Source: Alkalispirochaeta sp.
Lineage (GTDB): Bacteria > Spirochaetota > Spirochaetia > DSM-27196 > Alkalispirochaetaceae
Length of the DNA: 60,711 nt
Direction: 5' to 3'
NCBI GenBank assembly: GCA_048614515.1
Contig: JBMCMH010000001.1
Span: 1-60,711 of the forward strand
The notes under the pieces were generated by a model that worked only from the letters and a program-made list of their open reading frames with translations, was not told the origin of the DNA and did not search any database. Below are positions 49,025 to 58,186 of this stretch, piece by piece. The number at the start of each line of letters is the position of its first letter. Position 1 is the stretch's first letter. Both the position numbers and the translations under genes were made by a program.

Positions 49025-51996
49025 CCACGGAACAGCAGCAGATGCGTATCGTGGCGGTGGGAGCCTCTGCAGGCGGGCTCGAGGCGTTGGAAACATTCTT
49101 TGGCAATATGCCGTCCACCACGCGTTTCGCCTTCGTTGTTATTCAGCACCTCTCCCCGGACTACAAGAGTCTCATGGGAGAACTCCTCTCAAAACATACC
49201 ACCATGGAGATCGTCCAGGGGGAGGACGGCATGAAGCTCCGCCCCGGGGTGATCCATCTCATTCCCCGCAAGAAGAATATGACGATCTACCAAGGCACGC
49301 TGTTTTTGACCGAACAGGAGCACGGTCTCAACTTGCCGATCGATATATTCATGCAATCCTTGGCTGAGGACGCCGGTGAAGCTGCTGTTGGAGTCGTCTT
49401 GTCGGGTACCGGCAGTGACGGAACCCGGGGAGTACGCGCGATTAAGGAAGCCGGTGGCCTGGTGATCGTGCAGGACGAAGAGGACGCGAAGTTCAACGGA
49501 ATGCCTCGAAGCGCGATAGCCACGGGGATCGTCGATTTTGTCCTACCCGCCGAGCAGATACCGGCAGAGCTCCAAAGCTTCGTCACCGGTCGCGTTCAAC
49601 TTGTTGATGAAGACTCCGCCGACGGCGCCGGCTCCTCCGATTCCATCACCAAGATCTTCATGCTTATCAAACGCAAAACCGGCGTAGACCTTTCCTTCTA
49701 CAAAGAGAACACGATCATTCGCCGTTTGGAACGCCGCATGGGGATCAACCAGATCCACGATGTCCAGCGCTACATTGAGTTTCTTGAAGAGAACCCCGAG
49801 GAGATCACTACCCTCTTCAAGGAAATCCTTATTGGCGTGACACGATTCTTCCGGGATCAATCAGCGTTTGAAACGCTTGCGGAACAGGTGGTCCCTGCCG
49901 TCTTTACAGGGAAGGCGCCTCACGAACAGATCCGGGTGTGGGTTGCCGGCTGTTCCACGGGGGAGGAAGCGTATAGTATCGCGATTCTTCTTACCGAGTA
50001 CGCTGAACGTCACTTCCTTCATAATGAGATCAAGATTTTTGCCACGGACATAGATAAAGACGCGATAGAGTTTGCGTCGTACGGCACGTATCCGGAAAGT
50101 ATCGCCGCTGATGCTTCACGGGACCGCCTCACCAAATATTTTGTTCGCAAGGGTGAGAGCTACCAAATCGTTCCGTCGATTCGGGAAAAGGTGATCTTTG
50201 CCTACCACAACATTTTTAAGGACCCTCCGTTTCGGCGAGTAGACTTGATCAGTTGCCGCAATCTTCTCATCTACTTACAGCCGATACTCCAGAAGAAGGT
50301 GCTCTCCAACTTCCACTTTTCTCTGAATGAAGCGGGGTTTCTGTTTTTGGGATCCAGCGAAACGGTGGGCGAGCTCACAAAATATTTTCGCACGATCGAT
50401 ACCAAGTGGAAGATCTTTGCTTACAAAGGAAATGGGTCAACGCCCCGAATCGATAGTGCAGCATCAGACACACCGGAAGGATGGAGAGACCGGATCGAGA
50501 TCTCCCGCGCCTCGCAACTGGCGCAGAGAACGCAGTTGACGCAGGCCGGCGTGGCGTCCAACGATCAGAGCACGCAATCGCGGCCCCGATCGCGATCGCG
50601 CAACTCGGAGCCAATGTATGAGGAACTGATTCAGCACTACTTACCTCCGACGATCGTGGTGGACGAAGAGCGGCAGGTGCTCCACACCTTTGGAGATCTG
50701 TCCCCGTTTCTCCAGATCCCCATGGGCAAGATGGACCTGGATGTCATGAAGATGGCACGAAAATCGGTGAATATTCCCTTGGGCACCGCGTTGCAAACAG
50801 CGATCCGTGAGAATCGAACGGTCGCGTATGAAGATGTGGCGGTACCCACTGGGGACGGCGGCGACGCTGATTATTCGGTAGTTCGCCTGGTAGTACGCCC
50901 GCTGCGAAGCGCGTACAACGCCCGGTTCTTTGCGGTGATCTTTGATCCACAAGACGCTAAACCACGGGAGGAGAGTCTTCCGGTTCAACGATTTGATGTT
51001 GATGAAAGTGTTCAGCGCCGGATCACCGACCTGGAGAACGAGTTGCAGTCCACAAAGGAAAATCTTCAGGCCACGATTGAAGAGCTTGAGACGTCCAACG
51101 AAGAACTGCAGGCCACGAACGAAGAGCTCCTCTCTTCAAATGAGGAACTGCAAAGCACGAATGAAGAGCTGCAATCGGTCAATGAAGAATTGATCACGGT
51201 AAACTCGGAGTACCAGAAAAAGATCGATGAACTCTCAGAACTCAATGACGATATGAACAATCTCCTCTCAGGCACGGCGATCGGCACTGTCTTTCTGGAC
51301 GAACACCTGACGATACGAAAGTTCACGCCTCCCGTTGCACAGCAAATTAACATCATCAAAACCGATGTGGGTCGCCCCTTCGCGGACCTGTCTCACAACC
51401 TTCGGTACGACGCCCTGCTCTCCGATATCAAGCAGGTGCAGGAATCGGGACGGGCCAGCGAGCTGGAGGTGCAGAATAAGGACGGCCACTGGTTTCTCGT
51501 CAAGATTCAGTCGTATCGGAGCGAGCAGGAAGAGGTATCGCCCAAGGGTATCGTACTCTCCCTGGTAAATATTACCGAGCGCAAGGTGGCGGAAGAGGCG
51601 CTCCTCCGCGAACACGACCTGCTCATGCGAGTGCTCAACAGCAATCCCTCAGCGATCGTCATGCTGGACCATCGCGGGACGATTGGATACGCCAACCAAC
51701 GCGCCCGGGAGTTACTGGGTCTGACCGAAGCGTCATTGCAGCGTATGCGGCACCAGGAGGAGACGCTCCAGGTCCTCACCACCGACGGGACGCCGATTCC
51801 GTCCAACCAACTACCGGCCTCACTCGTCACGAGTGAGGGAACGCCGGTGGATGACTATTCGGCTCTTGTACAGGCGGGACCGGACGGTGCGAATCCTGGG
51901 GCAAACATTCCCGTCCGCATCAACGGGAGTCCCATCTATGACGAACACGGTGCACTGGAAGGGGCCGTGCTCAATCTGTGGGGGGACTCCCCATAA
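49021..51996 (+). CDS. CheB methylesterase-CheR methyltransferase fusion with coiled-coil and PAS domains
   Basis: GASAGG, QHL, SGTGSDG (CheB); GVTRFFRD, AGCSTGEE.YS, CRNLLIY (CheR); (S/T)NEELQ heptads; C-terminal PAS; ATGA overlap with kinase. Confidence 0.93.
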   Translation: MTTEQQQMRIVAVGASAGGLEALETFFGNMPSTTRFAFVVIQHLSPDYKSLMGELLSKHTTMEIVQGEDGMKLRPGVIHLIPRKKNMTIYQGTLFLTEQEHGLNLPIDIFMQSLAEDAGEAAVGVVLSGTGSDGTRGVRAIKEAGGLVIVQDEEDAKFNGMPRSAIATGIVDFVLPAEQIPAELQSFVTGRVQLVDEDSADGAGSSDSITKIFMLIKRKTGVDLSFYKENTIIRRLERRMGINQIHDVQRYIEFLEENPEEITTLFKEILIGVTRFFRDQSAFETLAEQVVPAVFTGKAPHEQIRVWVAGCSTGEEAYSIAILLTEYAERHFLHNEIKIFATDIDKDAIEFASYGTYPESIAADASRDRLTKYFVRKGESYQIVPSIREKVIFAYHNIFKDPPFRRVDLISCRNLLIYLQPILQKKVLSNFHFSLNEAGFLFLGSSETVGELTKYFRTIDTKWKIFAYKGNGSTPRIDSAASDTPEGWRDRIEISRASQLAQRTQLTQAGVASNDQSTQSRPRSRSRNSEPMYEELIQHYLPPTIVVDEERQVLHTFGDLSPFLQIPMGKMDLDVMKMARKSVNIPLGTALQTAIRENRTVAYEDVAVPTGDGGDADYSVVRLVVRPLRSAYNARFFAVIFDPQDAKPREESLPVQRFDVDESVQRRITDLENELQSTKENLQATIEELETSNEELQATNEELLSSNEELQSTNEELQSVNEELITVNSEYQKKIDELSELNDDMNNLLSGTAIGTVFLDEHLTIRKFTPPVAQQINIIKTDVGRPFADLSHNLRYDALLSDIKQVQESGRASELEVQNKDGHWFLVKIQSYRSEQEEVSPKGIVLSLVNITERKVAEEALLREHDLLMRVLNSNPSAIVMLDHRGTIGYANQRARELLGLTEASLQRMRHQEETLQVLTTDGTPIPSNQLPASLVTSEGTPVDDYSALVQAGPDGANPGANIPVRINGSPIYDEHGALEGAVLNLWGDSP

Positions 51997-52768
51997 CCGG
52001 CACCCCCATATTGCGAATTTGCATCGCCACCTTATAGTAGTCCAACGCACCCTCACTCCGGAGGTTGTGCTGAAAGATCGTATGACCGTTGCCTGGTGCT
52101 TCCGCGAGCGCTCGATTCTGTCGAACCGGGTGTAACACCACTTCATCACCCAGCCGATGGCGGAGTTCCTCCATCATCTGTTGTGAAAAGGCCGCCCCGC
52201 CGTCATAGAACGTCGGGATAATACCACGAACACTCAATTCTGGATTGTAATGCCGCCGAGTCTGCTCGACCAGCTCGATAATCTCAATCATGCCTTCCAT
52301 CGCCAGGAAGTGAGCTTGCATCGGAACAAACGCCTCGGTGCCGGCGATCAGCGATCCCAACGTCAGGAGCTGCGTCGTAGGGGGCGTGTCGAACACCGTA
52401 TAGTCGTGGCGCTGTATTTCTGGTTCTATGTGCGTCTTCATCCAAAACCGCGCCTCAAGACTATTGGCGTAGCGCCGCTCAAAGTCACTCAATCGCCGAG
52501 ACGAGGGAAGCACGTGGAGGCGTGGTATGTAGGAGCGGTGAATCACATCCGAAACGTGCATGCGCCCCTGCGCAACATCACTCACGTCTCCCGTGAGATC
52601 GGATTGAGAAATCCCTAACGACATGGTGGCGTGGGCTTGTGGATCGGTGTCCACCAGCAAAACCGAGTACCCCATGTGCGCAAGAGCCGCGGCAATGTTG
52701 ACGCTGGTGGTGGTCTTGCCGACCCCTCCCTTGCGATTTGTAAACACCAGGCGCCGAGGGCTGCTCAT
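51971..52768 (-). CDS. ParA/Soj family ATPase (orphan)
   Basis: NRKGGVGKTT deviant Walker A, VDTDPQ, DTPP, LAEAP; start MSSPR has ATGA overlap with upstream gene. Confidence 0.92.
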   Translation of the reverse strand: MSSPRRLVFTNRKGGVGKTTTSVNIAAALAHMGYSVLLVDTDPQAHATMSLGISQSDLTGDVSDVAQGRMHVSDVIHRSYIPRLHVLPSSRRLSDFERRYANSLEARFWMKTHIEPEIQRHDYTVFDTPPTTQLLTLGSLIAGTEAFVPMQAHFLAMEGMIEIIELVEQTRRHYNPELSVRGIIPTFYDGGAAFSQQMMEELRHRLGDEVVLHPVRQNRALAEAPGNGHTIFQHNLRSEGALDYYKVAMQIRNMGVPVMGSPPTD

Positions 52769-54837
52769 ACACGATCTCCTGCAATAATCTGATTCAATAT
52801 ATGCCGCGTAATCGAGTACAGCGGCGGTACTCCCTCGGACGCGCCCAACGGCGCCGCCAGGGTAGCTCGGGTTTCCAGAGGAAGGTCCGATACATAGTAC
52901 AAAAAGCGAAACTGGACCTCGGGACGAATCACCCCCAGTTGTCGTGATTCCAGAATCTCCCGGTAGTAATGGGTACCTTCCATCTCGATACCGACGACGT
53001 TCCAAATCTGCCGATAGAAATTAAGCATTTGCCGATTCTGGAGCAACGTTCCGTCCACAGTGAGCATGGGGCCGTGGTGTACGGCCATATTGTCGGAAAC
53101 GCGCTGCTCAGGCAGCGGCTGAAAGAGATCACTATGTTGCTCGATGAACGCGGTGGGCGCGAGAATATCACCGCGGTTTCCAACCAACGCCCCGGCCTTA
53201 CCGAGAAAGTTCACGCTGCGGATATTCTCACCGTAGAGCGTTAAGAGGCTGCGAATAACGTACTCCGCCTGCTCTCCAAAGGCGTAGTCGATGTTCACGA
53301 TAAGATCGTCGGCGGCAGAGCTTTCCGCGGGAAGTGGCGATACGCCTGGGTCCACCGGTGTGTGCACCAACCGAGCCAAGTCTATCAGTTGCACCTGGAT
53401 ACCGGTGCTCACCGTTTGAGAGAGGGCGTGGTGCCCTACCCCGGCGGCGGTGCGGCGGGCGTCTTCAGCAGCGTCCGGATGAGCTACAAAAAAGTCTCGG
53501 GCCACGGCGTACACCAGATCGTGCTCGTACCGCCAGTGATGCTGCGCAGCAGGGTGCTGCACCGATTCCGACCACGATAGAATCTCGTTGGTATGATCCC
53601 GATACCACGGGTTCAGACAATTGCTCACCGAATGGGTATTGCTGCTGATGATGTGAATTCCCCGTTCCGCGGTAAGTTCGGTTGGATCCACCCCCAGCAA
53701 CTCCGTGGTCACGCGAGCCACTTCGGAGGTCCATAACTCCCCGCGCCGGGCGTGGTAATTCCGTTGCTGTCGACGCACGTCGATATTGAACATCTCCCGG
53801 TGGCGCGTAATCTCAGAGATGCGCCGCACCGGGTCATCCGGCCAGATCTGCACGAAGGCGTCCACCTCCCGGGAACTAAAAGCGAGGGTGTTCAGAAACG
53901 CTCGAGCGCGCTCCATCGATACCGTCCGGGCGTCGGCGTCGGCATCGGCATCGCCGTCCACCTCCACGTGGGAGTCCCGTTCCGTGAGAAACGCATGAAT
54001 TCTCGGTAGGCTCTCGTCCCGAACCACCCGTTCGCGGATTTTGCGCGCCTCCACCGCGTAGAGACAGAGGCTCGTCACCAGGTCTATGAGATCCGAGTTG
54101 CCCGTGCGCAGGAGGACGAGATTCTTACCGGGAAGCACCTCCCAAATATCCCGACGCCGAGCCGCAGTGCGAACCGGCGGGAACAGGTGTTCGGATTCCG
54201 CCAGTGCCGCCGGGAGCTCATCAACCAACAAAAACGCAAAGGTGTGGGTCACGTTCTTTGGGAGGCGGCGCACCGCGTAATGGAGCGCCGCGGTGTCAAT
54301 CCGGGAGGACTCGCCGACCCCGCGGTGGAGGGCCGGTTGCAGCGCGCGGTACATCGGAAGTAATGCCTCGATGCTGATATGACCGCGCCCCGCGCTTTGC
54401 AGCAGATCGACCTTGAACCGATCAAATGCTGCAAAGATTCCCTGATTTTCTCGGAGAATTGTCCCAAATCCCTGAGCGAACCCCGGAGACGCCTGTAACG
54501 CGTTCCGAAACTGCTCTCCAGAAATGGAATAGCACCGGCAGTCTCGTCGCGCACGCACCCCGAACATGCGCGGTTCCTGGAAGATCGCCTCCCATTCGCC
54601 AAAGAAATGGTACTCCTGAATCACGGTAACCAGATCGTCATCGTCACGATTCGGGTCAAACACCTCCACCGCCCCCGACTCGATAAGGTATACCGACTGG
54701 TCGAGATCATTCCGTCGGAAGACCGTTTCTCCCGCGGCAAACTGGTGTACCCGAAACTGGGGAATCAGTGAGTCTCGGTACGCTCCCCGGAGAAAACGAA
54801 ATGGGTGCACCCGCCGCAAAAGCTCGATCAACTCCAT
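52765..54837 (-). CDS. cNMP-binding domain fused to a nucleoside-phosphorylase-like (DUF6909-like) domain
   Basis: N-terminal GETVF..VYLIESG.VEV...FFGE.....PR; C-terminal HIISSNTHS, DYAFGEQA, LGKAG...GD, GIEMEG, YVSDLP; start 54837 or 54840. Confidence 0.75.
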   Translation of the reverse strand: MELIELLRRVHPFRFLRGAYRDSLIPQFRVHQFAAGETVFRRNDLDQSVYLIESGAVEVFDPNRDDDDLVTVIQEYHFFGEWEAIFQEPRMFGVRARRDCRCYSISGEQFRNALQASPGFAQGFGTILRENQGIFAAFDRFKVDLLQSAGRGHISIEALLPMYRALQPALHRGVGESSRIDTAALHYAVRRLPKNVTHTFAFLLVDELPAALAESEHLFPPVRTAARRRDIWEVLPGKNLVLLRTGNSDLIDLVTSLCLYAVEARKIRERVVRDESLPRIHAFLTERDSHVEVDGDADADADARTVSMERARAFLNTLAFSSREVDAFVQIWPDDPVRRISEITRHREMFNIDVRRQQRNYHARRGELWTSEVARVTTELLGVDPTELTAERGIHIISSNTHSVSNCLNPWYRDHTNEILSWSESVQHPAAQHHWRYEHDLVYAVARDFFVAHPDAAEDARRTAAGVGHHALSQTVSTGIQVQLIDLARLVHTPVDPGVSPLPAESSAADDLIVNIDYAFGEQAEYVIRSLLTLYGENIRSVNFLGKAGALVGNRGDILAPTAFIEQHSDLFQPLPEQRVSDNMAVHHGPMLTVDGTLLQNRQMLNFYRQIWNVVGIEMEGTHYYREILESRQLGVIRPEVQFRFLYYVSDLPLETRATLAAPLGASEGVPPLYSITRHILNQIIAGDRV

Positions 54838-54887
54838 CATCGTATGCTACCATGAGCTCGAACTTGTTCGGAAGAGAGGTACCTATC

Positions 54888-55400
54888 GTGGATGTGCTTG
54901 AGCGCCACCGTCAACACGCTCTGGACACGCTGGCGGCACAGTATGCTCACGGTGTACTGGACGAGCCGGATTTTGAGAGCGCTCTGCACCAGGTGCAGAC
55001 CGCCCCCTCGGAAGGGGCCCTGACCACGGCACTCGAGCGGTATGTGCCTCACGCGGTCCACCGTCAGTCCTCCGAATCCGGACAAACCGTGTACGCGATC
55101 CTTTCCGAGCGCACCCTCACCGGAAACTGGATCACCCATCCCTCCGTGACTGCCACCACCGTTATGGGCGATATGACGCTGGACTTGCGCGAGGTGATAC
55201 TCACCGAAGACACCTACATCCATGTGATAACGATTATGGGAGAGCTCAAGATTCTCGTTCCACCGGAGATGTCGGTAGAAAACCACATTTCCGCGTTCTT
55301 GGCGGAGCAGAACGACAAAGTAGGAACACGCCGTCCCGGCCGAGGACCGACGCTCCATCTCACCGGGACGGCACTCTTGGCGGAGGTGTCCCTGCGGTAG
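54888..55400 (+). CDS. DUF1707 (SHOCT-like) plus LiaF/DUF2154-like protein
   Basis: R..ALD.L...YA.G.LD..DF N-terminus; MGD.TLDLR, MGELKILVP C-terminus; GAGG RBS before GTG; start uncertain. Confidence 0.7.
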   Translation: MDVLERHRQHALDTLAAQYAHGVLDEPDFESALHQVQTAPSEGALTTALERYVPHAVHRQSSESGQTVYAILSERTLTGNWITHPSVTATTVMGDMTLDLREVILTEDTYIHVITIMGELKILVPPEMSVENHISAFLAEQNDKVGTRRPGRGPTLHLTGTALLAEVSLR

Positions 55401-56352
55401 CAGCCCGCGCGGGAAAGAGCGATTGCGCTTGGATCCGTCGGATTATATGCAGGGCGTCTTCGTACCCGAAGCCCTCGCAGAGATCGAGGAGATTCTGTTC
55501 TTTCGGCGCTTTTACCCCGAAATCGAACCGACAGATCGGATGTTCCACCAGGCCCGCCACATCCCTTATCGAGAAGCCGCGTTCCATGAGAAACGCGGCA
55601 AACGAAGAGGATTCCATCCCCGCCGGATCTCCCTCGCCGGTCAAGAGGTAGTCCCGAGCGTCCAAGAGCTGTTCAAACGGGCTATGGGAAATGTGCACCG
55701 CCCGGGCGATCGGCATTCCCTTGCGGAGCAAACCGCGTTCCACCAGGGCGCTTTTCATTTGCATCGCCAGTTCAAAGAAGTGCGGATACCCTTCCCGGGT
55801 ACGAAACGCCATGACTGCGATATCGGTGGCGGTGTTGTTCTTGTGGAGGAGGGCGGGGATATCGTAATTCACTACCCACACGCCTTGATACTGCTTGATA
55901 ACCTGGCCCGCGATCCTGGTTATCGCCTGCTCATCTACCCAGAGTCCAAACAAGTCCTCCGGACTCCACCGAAAGCGCCGCAACGCGTCAAACGCGCCGA
56001 TTACTTTTTCGGAGTCAAAGCTCACCCCATAAAACTCTTCAAACTGTTCCCGCATGTCCGGAGAAAAGGTAGCCCCGCCGTGAACTGCAAAAAAAAGCCG
56101 CAGGGAATAGTGGCGCTCCACGATCCTGCGGTCTGCGATGTATCCTCCCGGAACGTTGGCCATGTATACCAACTGGAAGTCTGAGCTCCGATGCTGACAT
56201 TCCTTGATAACCTTCATCACGGTGCTTTCCACCGCTACACCGTTGGTTTCCGGACGAAGATACACAAATACGTCCAGCGTATTGGGGTCGGTATCGGCAC
56301 CACTGTAGGGCACGAGAATTGATGGACTATGTAACCGCTGCGCCTCCGACAT
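55360..56352 (-). CDS. Hypothetical protein, divergent nucleoside-diphosphate-kinase-like
   Basis: FVYLRPE (cf. NDK F.xIKPD), ERHY, AVHISHSPFE (cf. NDK xHxSDS); overlaps the pheT 3' end. Confidence 0.55.
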   Translation of the reverse strand: MSEAQRLHSPSILVPYSGADTDPNTLDVFVYLRPETNGVAVESTVMKVIKECQHRSSDFQLVYMANVPGGYIADRRIVERHYSLRLFFAVHGGATFSPDMREQFEEFYGVSFDSEKVIGAFDALRRFRWSPEDLFGLWVDEQAITRIAGQVIKQYQGVWVVNYDIPALLHKNNTATDIAVMAFRTREGYPHFFELAMQMKSALVERGLLRKGMPIARAVHISHSPFEQLLDARDYLLTGEGDPAGMESSSFAAFLMERGFSIRDVAGLVEHPICRFDFGVKAPKEQNLLDLCEGFGYEDALHIIRRIQAQSLFPARAATAGTPPPRVPSR

Positions 56353-58159
56353 CTTTACCTAACAATCCCTCAACATCGAGCTCTCCGGCGGTACAGGGAA
56401 CCTGAACGCCCCACGCCTCCAAAACGCGGGGGTGTAATTCCCCGAATACTCCGGCGACGGTCCCATCATTGAGGACGATTTTCGCCGCTCGCCCAGGAAT
56501 GAACCGCGGATCCCGCGCTTCTTCCACTGTATACTCTCTACCAACGTAATACAGTATAGCGGAGATATGCGAATTTACCAGATTGAATCCGGCGGACCGA
56601 TCAGCGGACACGAATCCGAGCATTGTTCGCGTGCGCGTGCCGCTCACATCCGACTCGTCGCGCTCGGCGGTGTTACCGATCTCGAAGATGTGGTGCGGAT
56701 AGACCGCCTGGCCGCTCACGGACTCCGCCGAGAGGAGAGACGGAAGAATCGAAGGGCGTACAAACTCGTAGTTTTCGCTCATGGGATTGGCGATCTGCAC
56801 CGCCCGATCCCGGGCCGCGTCCCACTCTTCTTCCGGGTACATGCTTTCGATATAGTCCGCGGCGGATCCCAGGTAGTTAAAGATCATCTCCTGGAACCCG
56901 AGTCCCACCATCGTGAACTTTAGGCGACGGGACATCTCCTCTACCGCTGTGAGCCGTCCCACGGTGAAGTCTTGGGGCATCATCGGCGCAAAGCTGTCCA
57001 TGCCGCGCCCCATCATCACGTCCTCCACGATATCCACCGCGTGGAGAAAATCGTTGCGGTACTCCGGTACGCGGACGATGATCTCCCGCGCGGCCGTGGT
57101 GGTGTCACCGGCGGTGCCGGCAGCTGTACCGGAGAGCTTGGCGGCGCCGGGCGCGGTGGAGCGCCCCGACGCGGCCGCTGCGGTGGCAACCACGCCCATG
57201 CGATGGAGAGCAGCCACGATTTCATCCTCTGAGAGGGTGGTACCCAACAATTTGTTGATCTCCCGCACCGTGGCGGTCTGCGGTTTTTGAAAGTAGTAGG
57301 GTACGGTGATCTCCCGACCATACGGGGTATCATAGGGATACTCCACCTGTACCGGTTCGATCGTGTATCCGGCATCCGCCACATCGCACGCCACGATGGA
57401 CGCGGTGAGCAGGAGCGAATCCATGTCGCTTCCGGTGAGCTCAATAAAGAGCGTCGTATCCCCCTCCTGCACCGCGCCGATCTCCGCGCTATTGATCACC
57501 GGCGGAAAACTGAGCACGTTCCCCCGATCATCGGTGAGCAGAGGAAAGCGCGGGAGATCAGCCACGATATGGCCGAACTCAACGCCCTTGGGATGCTCCG
57601 AGAGGATCTCCCGCATAGAAAGTTCCCGGTCCATCTGCAGGGGCACGAAGCGTGTGGTATCGGGGTCTTCCGCGGAGTAGTGAACGGGATAGGCCATCAG
57701 ATCCGATCGGTACACACCCATCGCCACGGACCGTCGTTTCCGACCAAAGTTCCAGGTCAGTTTCTCCTGCGTTTGGATCAGGTCTTTGAGTACCGCCGCT
57801 CCAATGGGAGGGCCGGTCATGACGAATCCTACCACGTAGGGACGGATCTCCCGTACCGACGGGTCGACCACCACGCGCCGTCTGCCGTGCTCCCGCTTGA
57901 CGGTTGCGTCGGAAAAGAACTGGTAGTGGGGGAGCTCGCCACCGCGGGCAACCCGCAATTGTCGCGCCAGTCCGGCGGTGGACCATAGGTCCGGGCGGTT
58001 GGTGTCATTCAACTCGACCTTCATGATGCCCTCGGCATCGGCGGGCTCGTCGAGTTCCGCCTTGGCAACCGGGAAGATCGCCTCCAGCTCATCGTCGGAT
58101 ATCTTGGGGGCGTGAATCGCCTGGATCAAGGCGTCACGAAATACTTCAATCTTCGGCAT
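56327..58159 (-). CDS. pheT: Phenylalanine--tRNA ligase beta subunit (archaeal/eukaryal-type)
   Basis: MPKIEV start, NRPDLWS, QEKL, LSFPPVINS, RNDFLH.VD..ED; lacks the bacterial tRNA-binding and anticodon domains. Confidence 0.95.
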   Translation of the reverse strand: MPKIEVFRDALIQAIHAPKISDDELEAIFPVAKAELDEPADAEGIMKVELNDTNRPDLWSTAGLARQLRVARGGELPHYQFFSDATVKREHGRRRVVVDPSVREIRPYVVGFVMTGPPIGAAVLKDLIQTQEKLTWNFGRKRRSVAMGVYRSDLMAYPVHYSAEDPDTTRFVPLQMDRELSMREILSEHPKGVEFGHIVADLPRFPLLTDDRGNVLSFPPVINSAEIGAVQEGDTTLFIELTGSDMDSLLLTASIVACDVADAGYTIEPVQVEYPYDTPYGREITVPYYFQKPQTATVREINKLLGTTLSEDEIVAALHRMGVVATAAAASGRSTAPGAAKLSGTAAGTAGDTTTAAREIIVRVPEYRNDFLHAVDIVEDVMMGRGMDSFAPMMPQDFTVGRLTAVEEMSRRLKFTMVGLGFQEMIFNYLGSAADYIESMYPEEEWDAARDRAVQIANPMSENYEFVRPSILPSLLSAESVSGQAVYPHHIFEIGNTAERDESDVSGTRTRTMLGFVSADRSAGFNLVNSHISAILYYVGREYTVEEARDPRFIPGRAAKIVLNDGTVAGVFGELHPRVLEAWGVQVPCTAGELDVEGLLGKDVGGAAVT

Positions 58160-58186
58160 ATGTGGTGTCTCCTCAGCTCAGTGGGC

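Noticed and set aside
51075-51192. ~21-bp periodic repeat (AACGAAGAACTG-like), superficially CRISPR-like
   Set aside because: It is the coding NEELQ heptad of the CheBR protein; no unique spacers and no cas genes.
53929-53958. Short GCATCG/GCGTCG repeat encoding DADADADA
   Set aside because: In-frame low-complexity loop within the cNMP protein; no sign of phase variation.
30136-54840. Calling the cyclase and cNMP-PNP genes a Pycsar/CBASS defence island
   Set aside because: They are about 18 kb apart among housekeeping genes, with no mobility genes or compositional shift; only a possible functional link is retained as a hypothesis.
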